Below the pieces are notes generated by a model, which saw only the letters and a program-made list of their open reading frames with translations, was not told where the DNA came from and ran no database searches. DNA of 21,156 nucleotides, taken from contig JAYTHY010000121.1 of the NCBI GenBank assembly GCA_043732185.1, forward strand, positions 1 through 21,156, written 5' to 3'. The DNA is from Fibrobacteria bacterium. GTDB lineage: Bacteria; Fibrobacterota; Fibrobacteria; UBA11236. How positions within the stretch are numbered: the first letter of the stretch is position 1; each line of letters opens with the position of its first letter. Of this stretch, positions 9,509 through 17,993 are shown piece by piece. The translations under genes were made by a program, and so were the position numbers.

Positions 9509-10837
9509 GTGCAAGCACTCCTAGGTTTCGTAAACATTTTCAAGATCAAGGATCTGAGGGATAAGATCCTCTTTACCCTTGGTATTCTTGCGGTTTATCG
9601 CCTGGGTGGCTTTGTGCCTCTTCCCGGAGTCAACAGTTTGGCTATTGCTGAATTCTTTTCCAAGAATTCAAACAACTTATTTGGCCTCTACAACACTTTT
9701 GTTGGTGGTGCTCTCCAACGCGCATCCATATTCTCCTTGGGCATAATGCCTTATATCAGCGCCTCCATTATTATTCAGCTTATGGGCACGGTGGTACCAA
9801 CTATTGCTGCGCTCCAGAAGCAGGGTCAGGAAGGGCGCGCCAAACTGACCCAATGGACACGCTACGGAACCATTTTCATCAGCTCTCTACAAGCATGGGG
9901 TGTTGCTACTTGGCTCGGAAGCCAATCGACACCCACAGGACAAAGCCTTTTAGCTGCCGGCGTTGGACACTATAGCTTCACCCTGCTCACAGTATTGACC
10001 TTAACCACTGGCACCGTTTTTATCATGTGGCTAGGAGAGCAAATAACTGCTAGAGGTATTGGAAACGGGATTTCACTCATTATCTTCATTGGTATTGTGG
10101 CCCAAATGCCCCATGCTATTCTGAGCGAAATTGAAATGGTTGTTAGTGGGGAACGCAGCATTCCCATGGAAGCGATTATTCTCGTAATCGTCCTTGCCAT
10201 CATTTCCTTCATCATTTTTATCGACCAAGGCACTCGTCGCATCCCTTTGCAAAGCCCCAAACGCGTTGTCGGAAGAAAAGTTATGGGTGGCCAGGCGAGC
10301 TTTCTTCCTTTTAAGGTCAACACAGCCGGTGTCATGCCTGTGATTTTCGGTTCAGCGATTATGTTCGTGCCCGCTCAGTTGGCTTCCTTTTTCCCTAATA
10401 TGGGTGCAGCACAAACTTTCGGAAACGCTTTTCTACCTGGGCATATCGTTTATTCCATCGTCTTTACCGTGCTGATTGTCTTCTTCAGCTATTTCTACAC
10501 AGCTATCATGTATAATCCCAAGGAAATCGCCGAGAACCTCAAGAAGTCCGGCGGCTTTATTCCCGGTGTGCGTCCTGGACGTCGTACGGCTGAATTTATC
10601 GACCAGATTCTGACTCGAGTGACTTTGCCAGGCGCCATTTTTCTGGCCTTAATCAGCGTAGGACCCCTGTATCTTAAACAGGCAATGAACATGCAGTTTT
10701 ATATCGGTGGCACAAGCGTGCTCATCGCAATTGGTGTAGCCCTAGAAACTCTTCGGCAGTTCCAAACGCATTTGCAAAACCAGCACTACGAAGGTTTCAT
10801 GCGCAAGGGCAAGATTCGTGGCCGGAGAGGGTTCTAA
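9509..10837 (+). CDS. secY: Preprotein translocase subunit SecY
   Basis: Likely GTG start at 9509, just after the rplO stop. SIFSLGIMPYISASIIIQL, WLGEQIT.RGIGNGISLIIF, AGVMPVIF, GGFIPGVRPG, GGTS; multiple TM segments. Confidence 0.99.
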   Translation: MQALLGFVNIFKIKDLRDKILFTLGILAVYRLGGFVPLPGVNSLAIAEFFSKNSNNLFGLYNTFVGGALQRASIFSLGIMPYISASIIIQLMGTVVPTIAALQKQGQEGRAKLTQWTRYGTIFISSLQAWGVATWLGSQSTPTGQSLLAAGVGHYSFTLLTVLTLTTGTVFIMWLGEQITARGIGNGISLIIFIGIVAQMPHAILSEIEMVVSGERSIPMEAIILVIVLAIISFIIFIDQGTRRIPLQSPKRVVGRKVMGGQASFLPFKVNTAGVMPVIFGSAIMFVPAQLASFFPNMGAAQTFGNAFLPGHIVYSIVFTVLIVFFSYFYTAIMYNPKEIAENLKKSGGFIPGVRPGRRTAEFIDQILTRVTLPGAIFLALISVGPLYLKQAMNMQFYIGGTSVLIAIGVALETLRQFQTHLQNQHYEGFMRKGKIRGRRGF

Positions 10838-11056
10838 GTGGCCAAACAAGAAGGTATTCAGGTTGAGGGTCGAGTTCTCGAGGCCTTGCCAAATGCCATG
10901 TTTAAGGTGGAATTGGACAATGGACACGTGATTTTAGCTCATATTTCAGGTAAAATGCGTAAAAACTATATTCGAATTTTACCGAACGACCGGGTTTTGT
11001 TAGAATTGTCGCCCTACGATTTGTCGCGGGGCCGGATCACTTACAGGCATAAATAA
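10838..11056 (+). CDS. infA: Translation initiation factor IF-1
   Basis: [46 protein letters not shown] start abuts the secY stop. Confidence 0.99.
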   Translation: MAKQEGIQVEGRVLEALPNAMFKVELDNGHVILAHISGKMRKNYIRILPNDRVLLELSPYDLSRGRITYRHK

Positions 11057-11067
11057 GGGACGAGACC

Positions 11068-11184
11068 ATGAAAGTCAGGGCTTCAGTAAAACCGCGTTGT
11101 GAGCACTGCAAAGTTGTGCGTCGCAAAGGCGTTATTCGAATCATTTGTAAGAAAAATCCCCGTCACAAGCAAAGACAGGGCTAG
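11068..11184 (+). CDS. rpmJ: 50S ribosomal protein L36 (bL36), zinc-ribbon form; absent from the ORF track
   Basis: Manual translation: [38 protein letters not shown] (38 aa). Confidence 0.98.
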   Translation: MKVRASVKPRCEHCKVVRRKGVIRIICKKNPRHKQRQG

Positions 11185-11213
11185 GCCTGACGGCCAGAGC
11201 TAGGAGAATTCAA

Positions 11214-11582
11214 GTGGCACGTATTTCCGGTGTAGATATTCCGAACGGTAAGCGGAGCGAAATCGCTCTCACATATATATTTGGTCTTGGTCGCAGATCT
11301 GCAACTGAGATTTGCAAAAAGGCCAATATCGATCCGGCCAAAAAAGCTGGTGATCTTTCAGATGAAGAAATTGGAAAGTTACGCCGCGTCATTGAGTCCG
11401 GCTATCAGGTGGAAGGCGATTTGCGCGCCCAGGTAGGCATGAACATCAAGCGCCTCGTGGATATTGGAAGTTATCGTGGTCTGCGGCATCGCAAGGGCCT
11501 GCCCGTACGCGGTCAGCGCACCAAGACCAATGCACGTACCCGTAAGGGCCCGCGCAAGACCATGGCGAATAAAAAGAAGTAA
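11214..11582 (+). CDS. rpsM: 30S ribosomal protein S13 (uS13)
   Basis: [47 protein letters not shown] start with AGGAG SD. Confidence 0.99.
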   Translation: MARISGVDIPNGKRSEIALTYIFGLGRRSATEICKKANIDPAKKAGDLSDEEIGKLRRVIESGYQVEGDLRAQVGMNIKRLVDIGSYRGLRHRKGLPVRGQRTKTNARTRKGPRKTMANKKK

Positions 11583-11606
11583 TTCGAAGAGAGCAAGGAT
11601 AAGGTA

Positions 11607-12164
11607 ATGGCAGACGAAAAACCGGCTGAAAAAGCAAAAACGGAAGAGAAATCCAAAGCGCCAAAGGGTGAAGCTGGGGAAGCTAAGGCGGCCAAGGCAG
11701 CCAAAGTGGACGGCGAAGCCAAGGGTGCGGCAGAAGGCGCTAAAGCAGATAAAGCTGAAGCTGCCGAAGGAGCTGAAAGCGATGCCAAAGCCAAGATCAA
11801 GAAGTCCAAAAAACGCGTTGATGTAATGGGCTGCTGCACAGTTAAGGCAACTTTCAATAACACCATCGTTTCCATCACCGACGTGCGTGGAAATGTGGTT
11901 TCATGGGGTTCGCCAGGTAAGGTTGGCTTTAAAGGCTCGCGTAAGAGCACGCCTTTTGCCGCTCAGGTAGCTGCAGAAGCAGCCGCCACTACCGCCATGG
12001 AAATGGGCATGCGTAAACTAGACGTACGCGTCAAGGGTGCCGGTGCGGGCCGTGAATCTGCTATTCGTGCCTTGAAGGCCGCTGGCATGGACATCATGTC
12101 CATCAAGGATGTCACCGGTGTTCCACACAATGGCTGCCGCCCCAAGAAACGTCGCCGAGTTTAA
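11607..12164 (+). CDS. rpsK: 30S ribosomal protein S11 (uS11) with long N-terminal low-complexity extension
   Basis: [47 protein letters not shown]. Confidence 0.98.
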   Translation: MADEKPAEKAKTEEKSKAPKGEAGEAKAAKAAKVDGEAKGAAEGAKADKAEAAEGAESDAKAKIKKSKKRVDVMGCCTVKATFNNTIVSITDVRGNVVSWGSPGKVGFKGSRKSTPFAAQVAAEAAATTAMEMGMRKLDVRVKGAGAGRESAIRALKAAGMDIMSIKDVTGVPHNGCRPKKRRRV

Positions 12165-12228
12165 AAAATAGAAGAAGATTTTCGAGGATCATGCTCGACA
12201 ATTTATCACCAGGATTGAGGTAAGAGAA

Positions 12229-13203
12229 ATGAAATGGAAAGCGCTGCACATGCCGAAAGGCATCACCAAGGAAAAAGGGGATTCCAAATACGGCAAGTTC
12301 TTCATTGAGCCATTCGAACGTGGATGGGGAATCACGGTTGGCAACGCTTTGCGCCGCGTCCTCTTGTCCAGCTTACAGGGCGCCGCCGTAGTTTCCGTTA
12401 GGTTTGATGGCGTTTCACATGAATTCTCGGCCTTGGAAGGTGTTAAAGAAGACGTTGCAGAAATCATCCTTAATATCAAACAACTGCGCGTCAAACTTCT
12501 TTCGGATGAGGATGCCACGTTGCGCCTCGATATTTCCGGTGAAGGTGAAGTACGCGGAGAACATATCGAGGCGAATCCCGATGTGCAGATTTTAAATCCG
12601 GAATTGCATTTGGCCACTCTCAGCAAGAATGGCAGCATCACTCTTGAGCTGCGCGTTTCCGATGGACGCGGCTATGTGATTTCCGATGACCTAAAACGCG
12701 AAGACGACCCTATTGGCGTGATTTCCATCGACGCCAACTTCAGCCCAGTGACCAAAGTGTCCTACGAAGTTTCTGATACGCGCGTTGGACAGCGAACGGA
12801 TTTCAACAAGCTTGAAATGGAAGTTTGGACGGATGGAAGCATCGATCCGGAAGATGCCATGGCCTATGGTGCCAAATTGCTGGTTGACCATTTGGAAATG
12901 TTCATCAACTTTGAAGGCGACCTTGAAGCCGCTGAAGAAGTGGTCAAGGATGAAGAGAAAGAACGCATCCGTCAGTTGCTCAAAATGCGCGTGGACGAGC
13001 TAGAGCTCTCTGTTCGCTCCAGCAACTGCTTGCGTTGCGCTAATATTCACACAATCGCCGACCTGGTACGCAATCAGGAATCGGAAATGCTTAAGTACAA
13101 GAATTTCGGCCGCAAGTCCTTAATAGAGCTCAATGAAGTGTTGAGCAACATGGGCTTGTCGTTCGGAATGGACGTTGACTACTATCTCGGTGACGAGAAG
13201 TAA
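12229..13203 (+). CDS. rpoA: DNA-directed RNA polymerase subunit alpha
   Basis: EPFERGWGITVGNALRRVLLSS, HEFS..EGVKED, IDANFSPV, ELELSVRSSNCL, NFGRKSL.E. Confidence 0.99.
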   Translation: MKWKALHMPKGITKEKGDSKYGKFFIEPFERGWGITVGNALRRVLLSSLQGAAVVSVRFDGVSHEFSALEGVKEDVAEIILNIKQLRVKLLSDEDATLRLDISGEGEVRGEHIEANPDVQILNPELHLATLSKNGSITLELRVSDGRGYVISDDLKREDDPIGVISIDANFSPVTKVSYEVSDTRVGQRTDFNKLEMEVWTDGSIDPEDAMAYGAKLLVDHLEMFINFEGDLEAAEEVVKDEEKERIRQLLKMRVDELELSVRSSNCLRCANIHTIADLVRNQESEMLKYKNFGRKSLIELNEVLSNMGLSFGMDVDYYLGDEK

Positions 13204-13220
13204 GGATTTAGGGGCTAACA

Positions 13221-13736
13221 ATGAGACATGGTGTAAAAACAAATCGGCTGGACCGAAATACGGCGCATAGAAAAGCGATGCTTAACAATCTCGCTACTTC
13301 CGTTCTATTGCAAGGCCTCAAAGAAGAGCAAATTGACCGTAGGGTCATCACCACCGTGGCCAAGGCCAAAGTGGTACGTGGCCTTGTCGATCGATTGATA
13401 ACATATGGCAAGCAAGGAGATCTTGGTGCCCGGCGTCAAGCTGCCCGTTTCGTCAAGGACAAAACCGTGCTAACCGGACTGTTCGACACCTTGGCCAAAC
13501 GCTATGTGAAGCGTCCCGGTGGCTACTCCCGTGTGCTCCGCATCTCTACCCGTGTTGGTGATTCTGCCGAGATGGCCATGATCACTCTCGTGGAAGAAGA
13601 GATTAAAGCCAAAACCCGGAAACCGGCTCCCAAGGCCAAGGCCAAAACCGAGAAGAAAGTTGATATCACCCGTGCTGAGTCGAAAGATTCCGCAGCTGAA
13701 GCAACTACTCCGGCCATTGACCCACCCGCCGCCTAA
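13221..13736 (+). CDS. rplQ: 50S ribosomal protein L17 (bL17) with C-terminal extension
   Basis: MRH, HRKAML.NLATS, ITT.AKAK, RPGGYSRV, R.GD.AEMA; follows rpoA. Confidence 0.98.
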   Translation: MRHGVKTNRLDRNTAHRKAMLNNLATSVLLQGLKEEQIDRRVITTVAKAKVVRGLVDRLITYGKQGDLGARRQAARFVKDKTVLTGLFDTLAKRYVKRPGGYSRVLRISTRVGDSAEMAMITLVEEEIKAKTRKPAPKAKAKTEKKVDITRAESKDSAAEATTPAIDPPAA

Positions 13737-13771
13737 ATATCTTTCCCGAAAACAGAATCTTAAATTGCCGG

Positions 13772-13808
13772 ACCCCGGACCCTTAAAGCCTCAAGGCTGA
13801 GGGGTTTT
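13772..13808 (+). terminator. Putative intrinsic terminator closing the ribosomal superoperon
   Basis: Stem AGCC-tcaa-GGCT extended by CCCTT/GAGGG (alternatively ACCCC/GGGGT), followed by TTTT. Lies between convergent rplQ and the lipoprotein gene. Stem imperfect, U-tract short. Confidence 0.5.
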
Positions 13809-14589
13809 ATGGGTACGCCCGTTTTGGATCTGGATTCAAACTTTGGTGGCTAGCCAAAAAACTGGCTTGCCATTTTCGGTTTAAGATGGAATGCGACTTA
13901 CTCCGCAATACCACTCGATTGGAATGTATCGTTCCATCCTCCATTCGATACTCAATCGTCAGTGAGTCCACTATTCCCATTTGGTCGTGATTGGAGCTAT
14001 TGAGCAATAGCCATCGATCTGTGAATAATCCAGGAGGTACCAGGACGGAATCGGAGAATAGGTGATTTTTCGGAATCATAGCTGCCAATCGAAGTGCGTC
14101 ACGGGCTTTATCGAAGGCATCAACGGCTAAATACCCTAAGCTCCCGGCGGCCATAGCACTTCCCGTGGTCTGAAAGGCCTTGATATCAGAAAATGTAGCC
14201 AAACCAGCACCAACTCCAGACAGCAGGAGCGATGCGCTGGTTTTATTGAAATCGGAAACGGCAACAACTTTTTGTTGGGCCGTGTACCATTGTTCCAGTT
14301 CTCTGCCCAAAACTATCCGCACATTTTTATTCTGCGACGATTCAGGAAAGACAATCCGCATTCCGGTCAGGGTAATCCATTTGTCCGATGTGTTCCTGAT
14401 GTTGAAATTGAAGTATCCAAAGTATTCGCTGCTCAAATCATTATTCACTTCCCAAGTCAAATCTATCTTGGACGAGGATGGCGAGTCGTTTTGCCCAATG
14501 TTGACGGAGCGGGCTTCATTGTGAAGGGTAACGGATGCGCAGCCCAGCAAGGCAAATACCACGGACGTACAGAGAGCTTGTTTAAACAT
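13807..14589 (-). CDS. Hypothetical lipoprotein (about 260 aa)
   Basis: Start reassigned to ATG 14589 (AAAGGT SD-like upstream). MFKQALCTSVVFALLG-C resembles a signal peptidase II lipobox (Cys17). ORF fills the rplQ-uvrC gap; family not recognised. Confidence 0.8.
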   Translation of the reverse strand: MFKQALCTSVVFALLGCASVTLHNEARSVNIGQNDSPSSSKIDLTWEVNNDLSSEYFGYFNFNIRNTSDKWITLTGMRIVFPESSQNKNVRIVLGRELEQWYTAQQKVVAVSDFNKTSASLLLSGVGAGLATFSDIKAFQTTGSAMAAGSLGYLAVDAFDKARDALRLAAMIPKNHLFSDSVLVPPGLFTDRWLLLNSSNHDQMGIVDSLTIEYRMEDGTIHSNRVVLRSKSHSILNRKWQASFLASHQSLNPDPKRAYP

Positions 14590-14678
14590 TCTTGACCTTT
14601 CAAAGCGTTGTGGATTCAATTTAGACGATTCTCGCCAAGAAATCCGCTATTTTAGCCTTAAATCCTTTACATCCGGAT

Positions 14679-14694
14679 TTCCTATTTTAACGAA
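14679..14694 (+). promoter_or_regulatory. Putative -10 element (TATTTT) 6 nt before the uvrC ATG; leaderless-type promoter
   Basis: TTCCTATTTTaacgaaATG with no SD; same motif before thiG; no clear -35. Confidence 0.45.
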
Positions 14695-16557
14695 ATGAAT
14701 CCCGAATCTTCGGAAAACCTACCACCCGCTCTGGTGGCCAAACTCGAGGCCCTTCCCACCAGGCCCGGCGTGTACCTGATGAAAAATGCACAAGGGATTA
14801 TCGTGTACATCGGCAAAGCGGTAAATTTAAAAAACCGCGTGCGTGGATATTTCAACCAGCGCTCGCAGAATAATCACCTCGCTTCAACATTGCTGCGCTC
14901 CGTGGCCAAGGATCTGGAATGGATCATCACCGACAATGAGGTGGAAGCCCTTATCCTCGAAGCCAATCTGGTGCACAAACATACGCCAAAGTATAATGTC
15001 CAGCTAAAGGACGATAAACATTTTCCCTACATCAAGGTCACACTCTCCGAAACGTATCCGCGACTTGTGATAACTCGGCACGGCGGCTCCGGTACCGCCA
15101 AGGATATGTTCTTCGGGCCTTATACTAATGTCCGGGCCATGCGCAAAACCCTCAATCTGCTGAACAAAGTTTTTAGAATTCGTGATTGTGATCTCAAACT
15201 GCCTTTGGACCAGCCCATCCGTCCTTGTCTTACGTATCATCTCAAACGGTGTGATGCCCCCTGCGCCAATCTCACCACGCCGGAAGCCTACCATCACTTG
15301 GTGGATCAAGCCGTACTGCTGCTTAAAGGCAAACATCAGGATCTTAAACGCAGCTTAGAAGAGCGCATGCGCTTGGCTGCGGATGGGGAGCGATTTGAGG
15401 AGGCTGGTCGAATACGCGATCAAATCCGCGATCTGGAATCCGTAAAGGAAGATCAAAAAGTGGACTTGGGTCCGGATCAGGTGCCACGCGATCTCATTGC
15501 CACTGCGCGCACGGGAAAGCTCGCTTGCATTCTTATTCTGGAAATTCGCGACGGATATATATCCGGACGGAAAAGTTTTGAAGTGGTTTGCCCTTTGGAG
15601 CAGGATGAAACTGGAGTTATCACCGAATTCATCAAGGGTTACTATTTACGCCAAGGACCAGAATCTATTCCGCGGGAAATTATTCTCTCGCATGCAACGG
15701 AAGTAGAAGAGAATGTGGAAGAAGCGTTGCGCGGGTTTAAAAAAGCGGCGGTGGATTTGGAAGTGCCCATCAAGGGTGAGAAGCGTCGTCAGGTGAATCT
15801 GGCTATGGAAAATTCCAAGCTGATGTTGGCAGAGATGGTGGGAAAACGCGAGCGTAAAAATCGTCAAAGTTACCGAGTCACGGCTCTCCAGGAGGATCTC
15901 GGCCTGGTCAAACCACCCGCCCGTATCGAAGGTTTTGACATCTCACATCTTTCCGGTACCGATACTGTTGCTTCGCAAGTAGTTTTCGTGGATGGCAAAC
16001 CCAGTAAAAAAGACTACCGGCATTACAATGTCAAAACTGTAGATGGCATCGATGATTTTGCTTCCATGCGTGAAATCGTAGGCCGCCGTATCCGCCGCCT
16101 GGTGGATGAAGGCCAACCTTTTCCCGATCTAATTCTCATCGACGGCGGCAAAGGCCAATTGGGTGCGGCATTGGATGCACTACGCGAATGCGGCCATCCG
16201 GATCAACCCATTATCGGATTGGCCAAGCGCCTAGAAGAAATTTTTATTCCCGGGCAAAATGAATCGTTGCTCATCCCCAAAACCTCGCCCAGCCTCCAGC
16301 TTTTGCAGGCGGTCCGTGACGAAGCGCATCGCTTTGCCATCACCTTCCAGAGATCGAAACGCAATCAGTATTTACAAGCCTCTTGGCTCGATGCGATACC
16401 AGGTATAGGTCAAAAATCCAAGATGAAACTGTTGCAAGCTTTCGGTGCGCCAGCCGCTATCGAAGCCGCCACTGAAGTGGAATGGATTAAGGCTATCGGC
16501 AAGGCTGGTGCAGCTCGTATTGCCGCTCATCTAAAAAATAAATCTTCCGCGCCCTAA
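14695..16557 (+). CDS. uvrC: Excinuclease ABC subunit C
   Basis: GIY-YIG (PGVYLMK..VYIGKA.NLKNRV); four-Cys region (C..PCL.YH..RC.APC); UVR motif (ERFEEAGRIRDQI); RNase H-like (IEGFDISH, DGGKGQL, RDEAHRFA); HhH (LDAIPGIG). Confidence 0.98.
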   Translation: MNPESSENLPPALVAKLEALPTRPGVYLMKNAQGIIVYIGKAVNLKNRVRGYFNQRSQNNHLASTLLRSVAKDLEWIITDNEVEALILEANLVHKHTPKYNVQLKDDKHFPYIKVTLSETYPRLVITRHGGSGTAKDMFFGPYTNVRAMRKTLNLLNKVFRIRDCDLKLPLDQPIRPCLTYHLKRCDAPCANLTTPEAYHHLVDQAVLLLKGKHQDLKRSLEERMRLAADGERFEEAGRIRDQIRDLESVKEDQKVDLGPDQVPRDLIATARTGKLACILILEIRDGYISGRKSFEVVCPLEQDETGVITEFIKGYYLRQGPESIPREIILSHATEVEENVEEALRGFKKAAVDLEVPIKGEKRRQVNLAMENSKLMLAEMVGKRERKNRQSYRVTALQEDLGLVKPPARIEGFDISHLSGTDTVASQVVFVDGKPSKKDYRHYNVKTVDGIDDFASMREIVGRRIRRLVDEGQPFPDLILIDGGKGQLGAALDALRECGHPDQPIIGLAKRLEEIFIPGQNESLLIPKTSPSLQLLQAVRDEAHRFAITFQRSKRNQYLQASWLDAIPGIGQKSKMKLLQAFGAPAAIEAATEVEWIKAIGKAGAARIAAHLKNKSSAP

Positions 16558-17198
16558 GGCGCATGAATTTCCGCCAGCAACTCCCGCACTTTTGCTGTGG
16601 GATCCGGCGCCATACTGATTTCCGTAACCATGGCCACGGTTTGAATGCCGCTGCGAAAAAGTTCGCGCAAATGAGATTTTTTAATTCCACCCATGGTGGT
16701 AAACGGAAACGGACTGAGTTTGGAGAGTTCGATAACTTTTGCAAGTCCCAAAGCATCGTAACGGGAATGGTCCTTGGTGGCGGTCGGGAACATGGGCCCG
16801 ATATTAATGTAGTCTAGAGGCATCCCAATCGCAGCCTCAACCTCGGAACGAGTATGGGTGGACAGTCCAATCAATGCGTCCGGCCCCAATATGCGACGCG
16901 CTTCTACCGGATCCATATCCTCCTGCCCCAAGTGTACGCCATCGGCACCAATGGCTTTTGCCACAGCTACCCGATCATTGATGATGAGCAAGCTACCAAA
17001 CGCCCGGCATTCCTTGAGTATCGCAGCCGCTTCAAGGGCAAATTCGGCATCCGACACATCCTTGTCCCGGTATTGAACCAGCCGCACGCCCCCGGCCAGC
17101 GCTGCCCGCACCACTTCAAGCTGGGAACGCCCACCCGTAAAATTGTGATCGGTGACGAAATAAATCGGTTTATCAACCAAGGAAAAGGATGTGTGCAT
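16554..17198 (-). CDS. thiE: Thiamine-phosphate synthase
   Basis: VQYRDK, IINDR, GADGVHLGQED, GLSTH, GP.FPT.TK, GGI. Confidence 0.96.
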   Translation of the reverse strand: MHTSFSLVDKPIYFVTDHNFTGGRSQLEVVRAALAGGVRLVQYRDKDVSDAEFALEAAAILKECRAFGSLLIINDRVAVAKAIGADGVHLGQEDMDPVEARRILGPDALIGLSTHTRSEVEAAIGMPLDYINIGPMFPTATKDHSRYDALGLAKVIELSKLSPFPFTTMGGIKKSHLRELFRSGIQTVAMVTEISMAPDPTAKVRELLAEIHAP

Positions 17199-17212
17199 GT
17201 CGAAACCGCGCC

Positions 17213-17986
17213 TTAGCGCAGGCCCTCCTGCGGACTCGAAGCCGACCCATACAGTTTGCGTGGAATGCGGCCCGCCAAGAAGGAATCCCGTCCGGCCTCA
17301 CATGCCAGTTTGAACGACCTAGCCATTCTCACCGGGTCCGTAGCACTGGCGATACCCGTATTACAGAGGATACCATCGACGCCCAGTTCCATGGCCCTGG
17401 CCAAATCGGAAGCCGTACCCATGCCTGCATCCACAATCACCGGACAATGTAAGGACTCCATGATGATGCGGATATTGTTTTCATTGAGCACACCTTGCCC
17501 GCTGCCGATAGGCGATCCCGCTGGCATCACTGCGGCCACGCCCAGATCTTCCAACTTTTTGGCCATCACCGGGTCGTCATTGGTATAGACAAGTACCGTA
17601 TGCCCTTCTTTAACCAGGATTTTCGTGGCTTCATAGGTGGCAATGGGATCGGGCAACAACGTTTTTTGATCGAACAGCACTTCCAGTTTGAGATACTTCA
17701 TGCCTTGGGCTTGGGCCAGTCGTGAAATGCGCAACGCGTCCTCAACGTTGAAGGCCCCGGCAGTATTCGGTAACAGGGTGTATTTTTTAGTGTCGATAAA
17801 GTTGAGAATATTCTCTTCTTCGGGACCATTGAGTTTGACTCGGCCCAATGCCACTGTAATCATCTCCGTGCCGGAGACCTCGTGACATTGCCGCATTATC
17901 TCAAAATCAGGGTATTTTCCGGTTCCGACAATGAGTCGGGAGGAGAAGTTTTTACCAGCGAGGCACAAAGTTTTGTCGGTTTTCAT
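17213..17986 (-). CDS. thiG: Thiazole synthase
   Basis: Start reassigned to ATG 17986 ([23 protein letters not shown]). LLPNTAG, KLEV (Schiff-base Lys), [26 protein letters not shown]. Confidence 0.97.
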   Translation of the reverse strand: MKTDKTLCLAGKNFSSRLIVGTGKYPDFEIMRQCHEVSGTEMITVALGRVKLNGPEEENILNFIDTKKYTLLPNTAGAFNVEDALRISRLAQAQGMKYLKLEVLFDQKTLLPDPIATYEATKILVKEGHTVLVYTNDDPVMAKKLEDLGVAAVMPAGSPIGSGQGVLNENNIRIIMESLHCPVIVDAGMGTASDLARAMELGVDGILCNTGIASATDPVRMARSFKLACEAGRDSFLAGRIPRKLYGSASSPQEGLR

Positions 17987-17993
17987 GGTCCCA

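Noticed and set aside
11640..11800. Repetitive GCCAAG/GCTGAA-type sequence as a DNA repeat or CRISPR-like array
   Set aside because: Explained by Ala/Lys/Glu codons of the uS11 extension; no fixed repeat-spacer periodicity.
13737..14694. Mobile-element origin for the lipoprotein gene
   Set aside because: No transposase, integrase, terminal repeats or target-site duplication seen; any compositional difference looks small and was not quantified.
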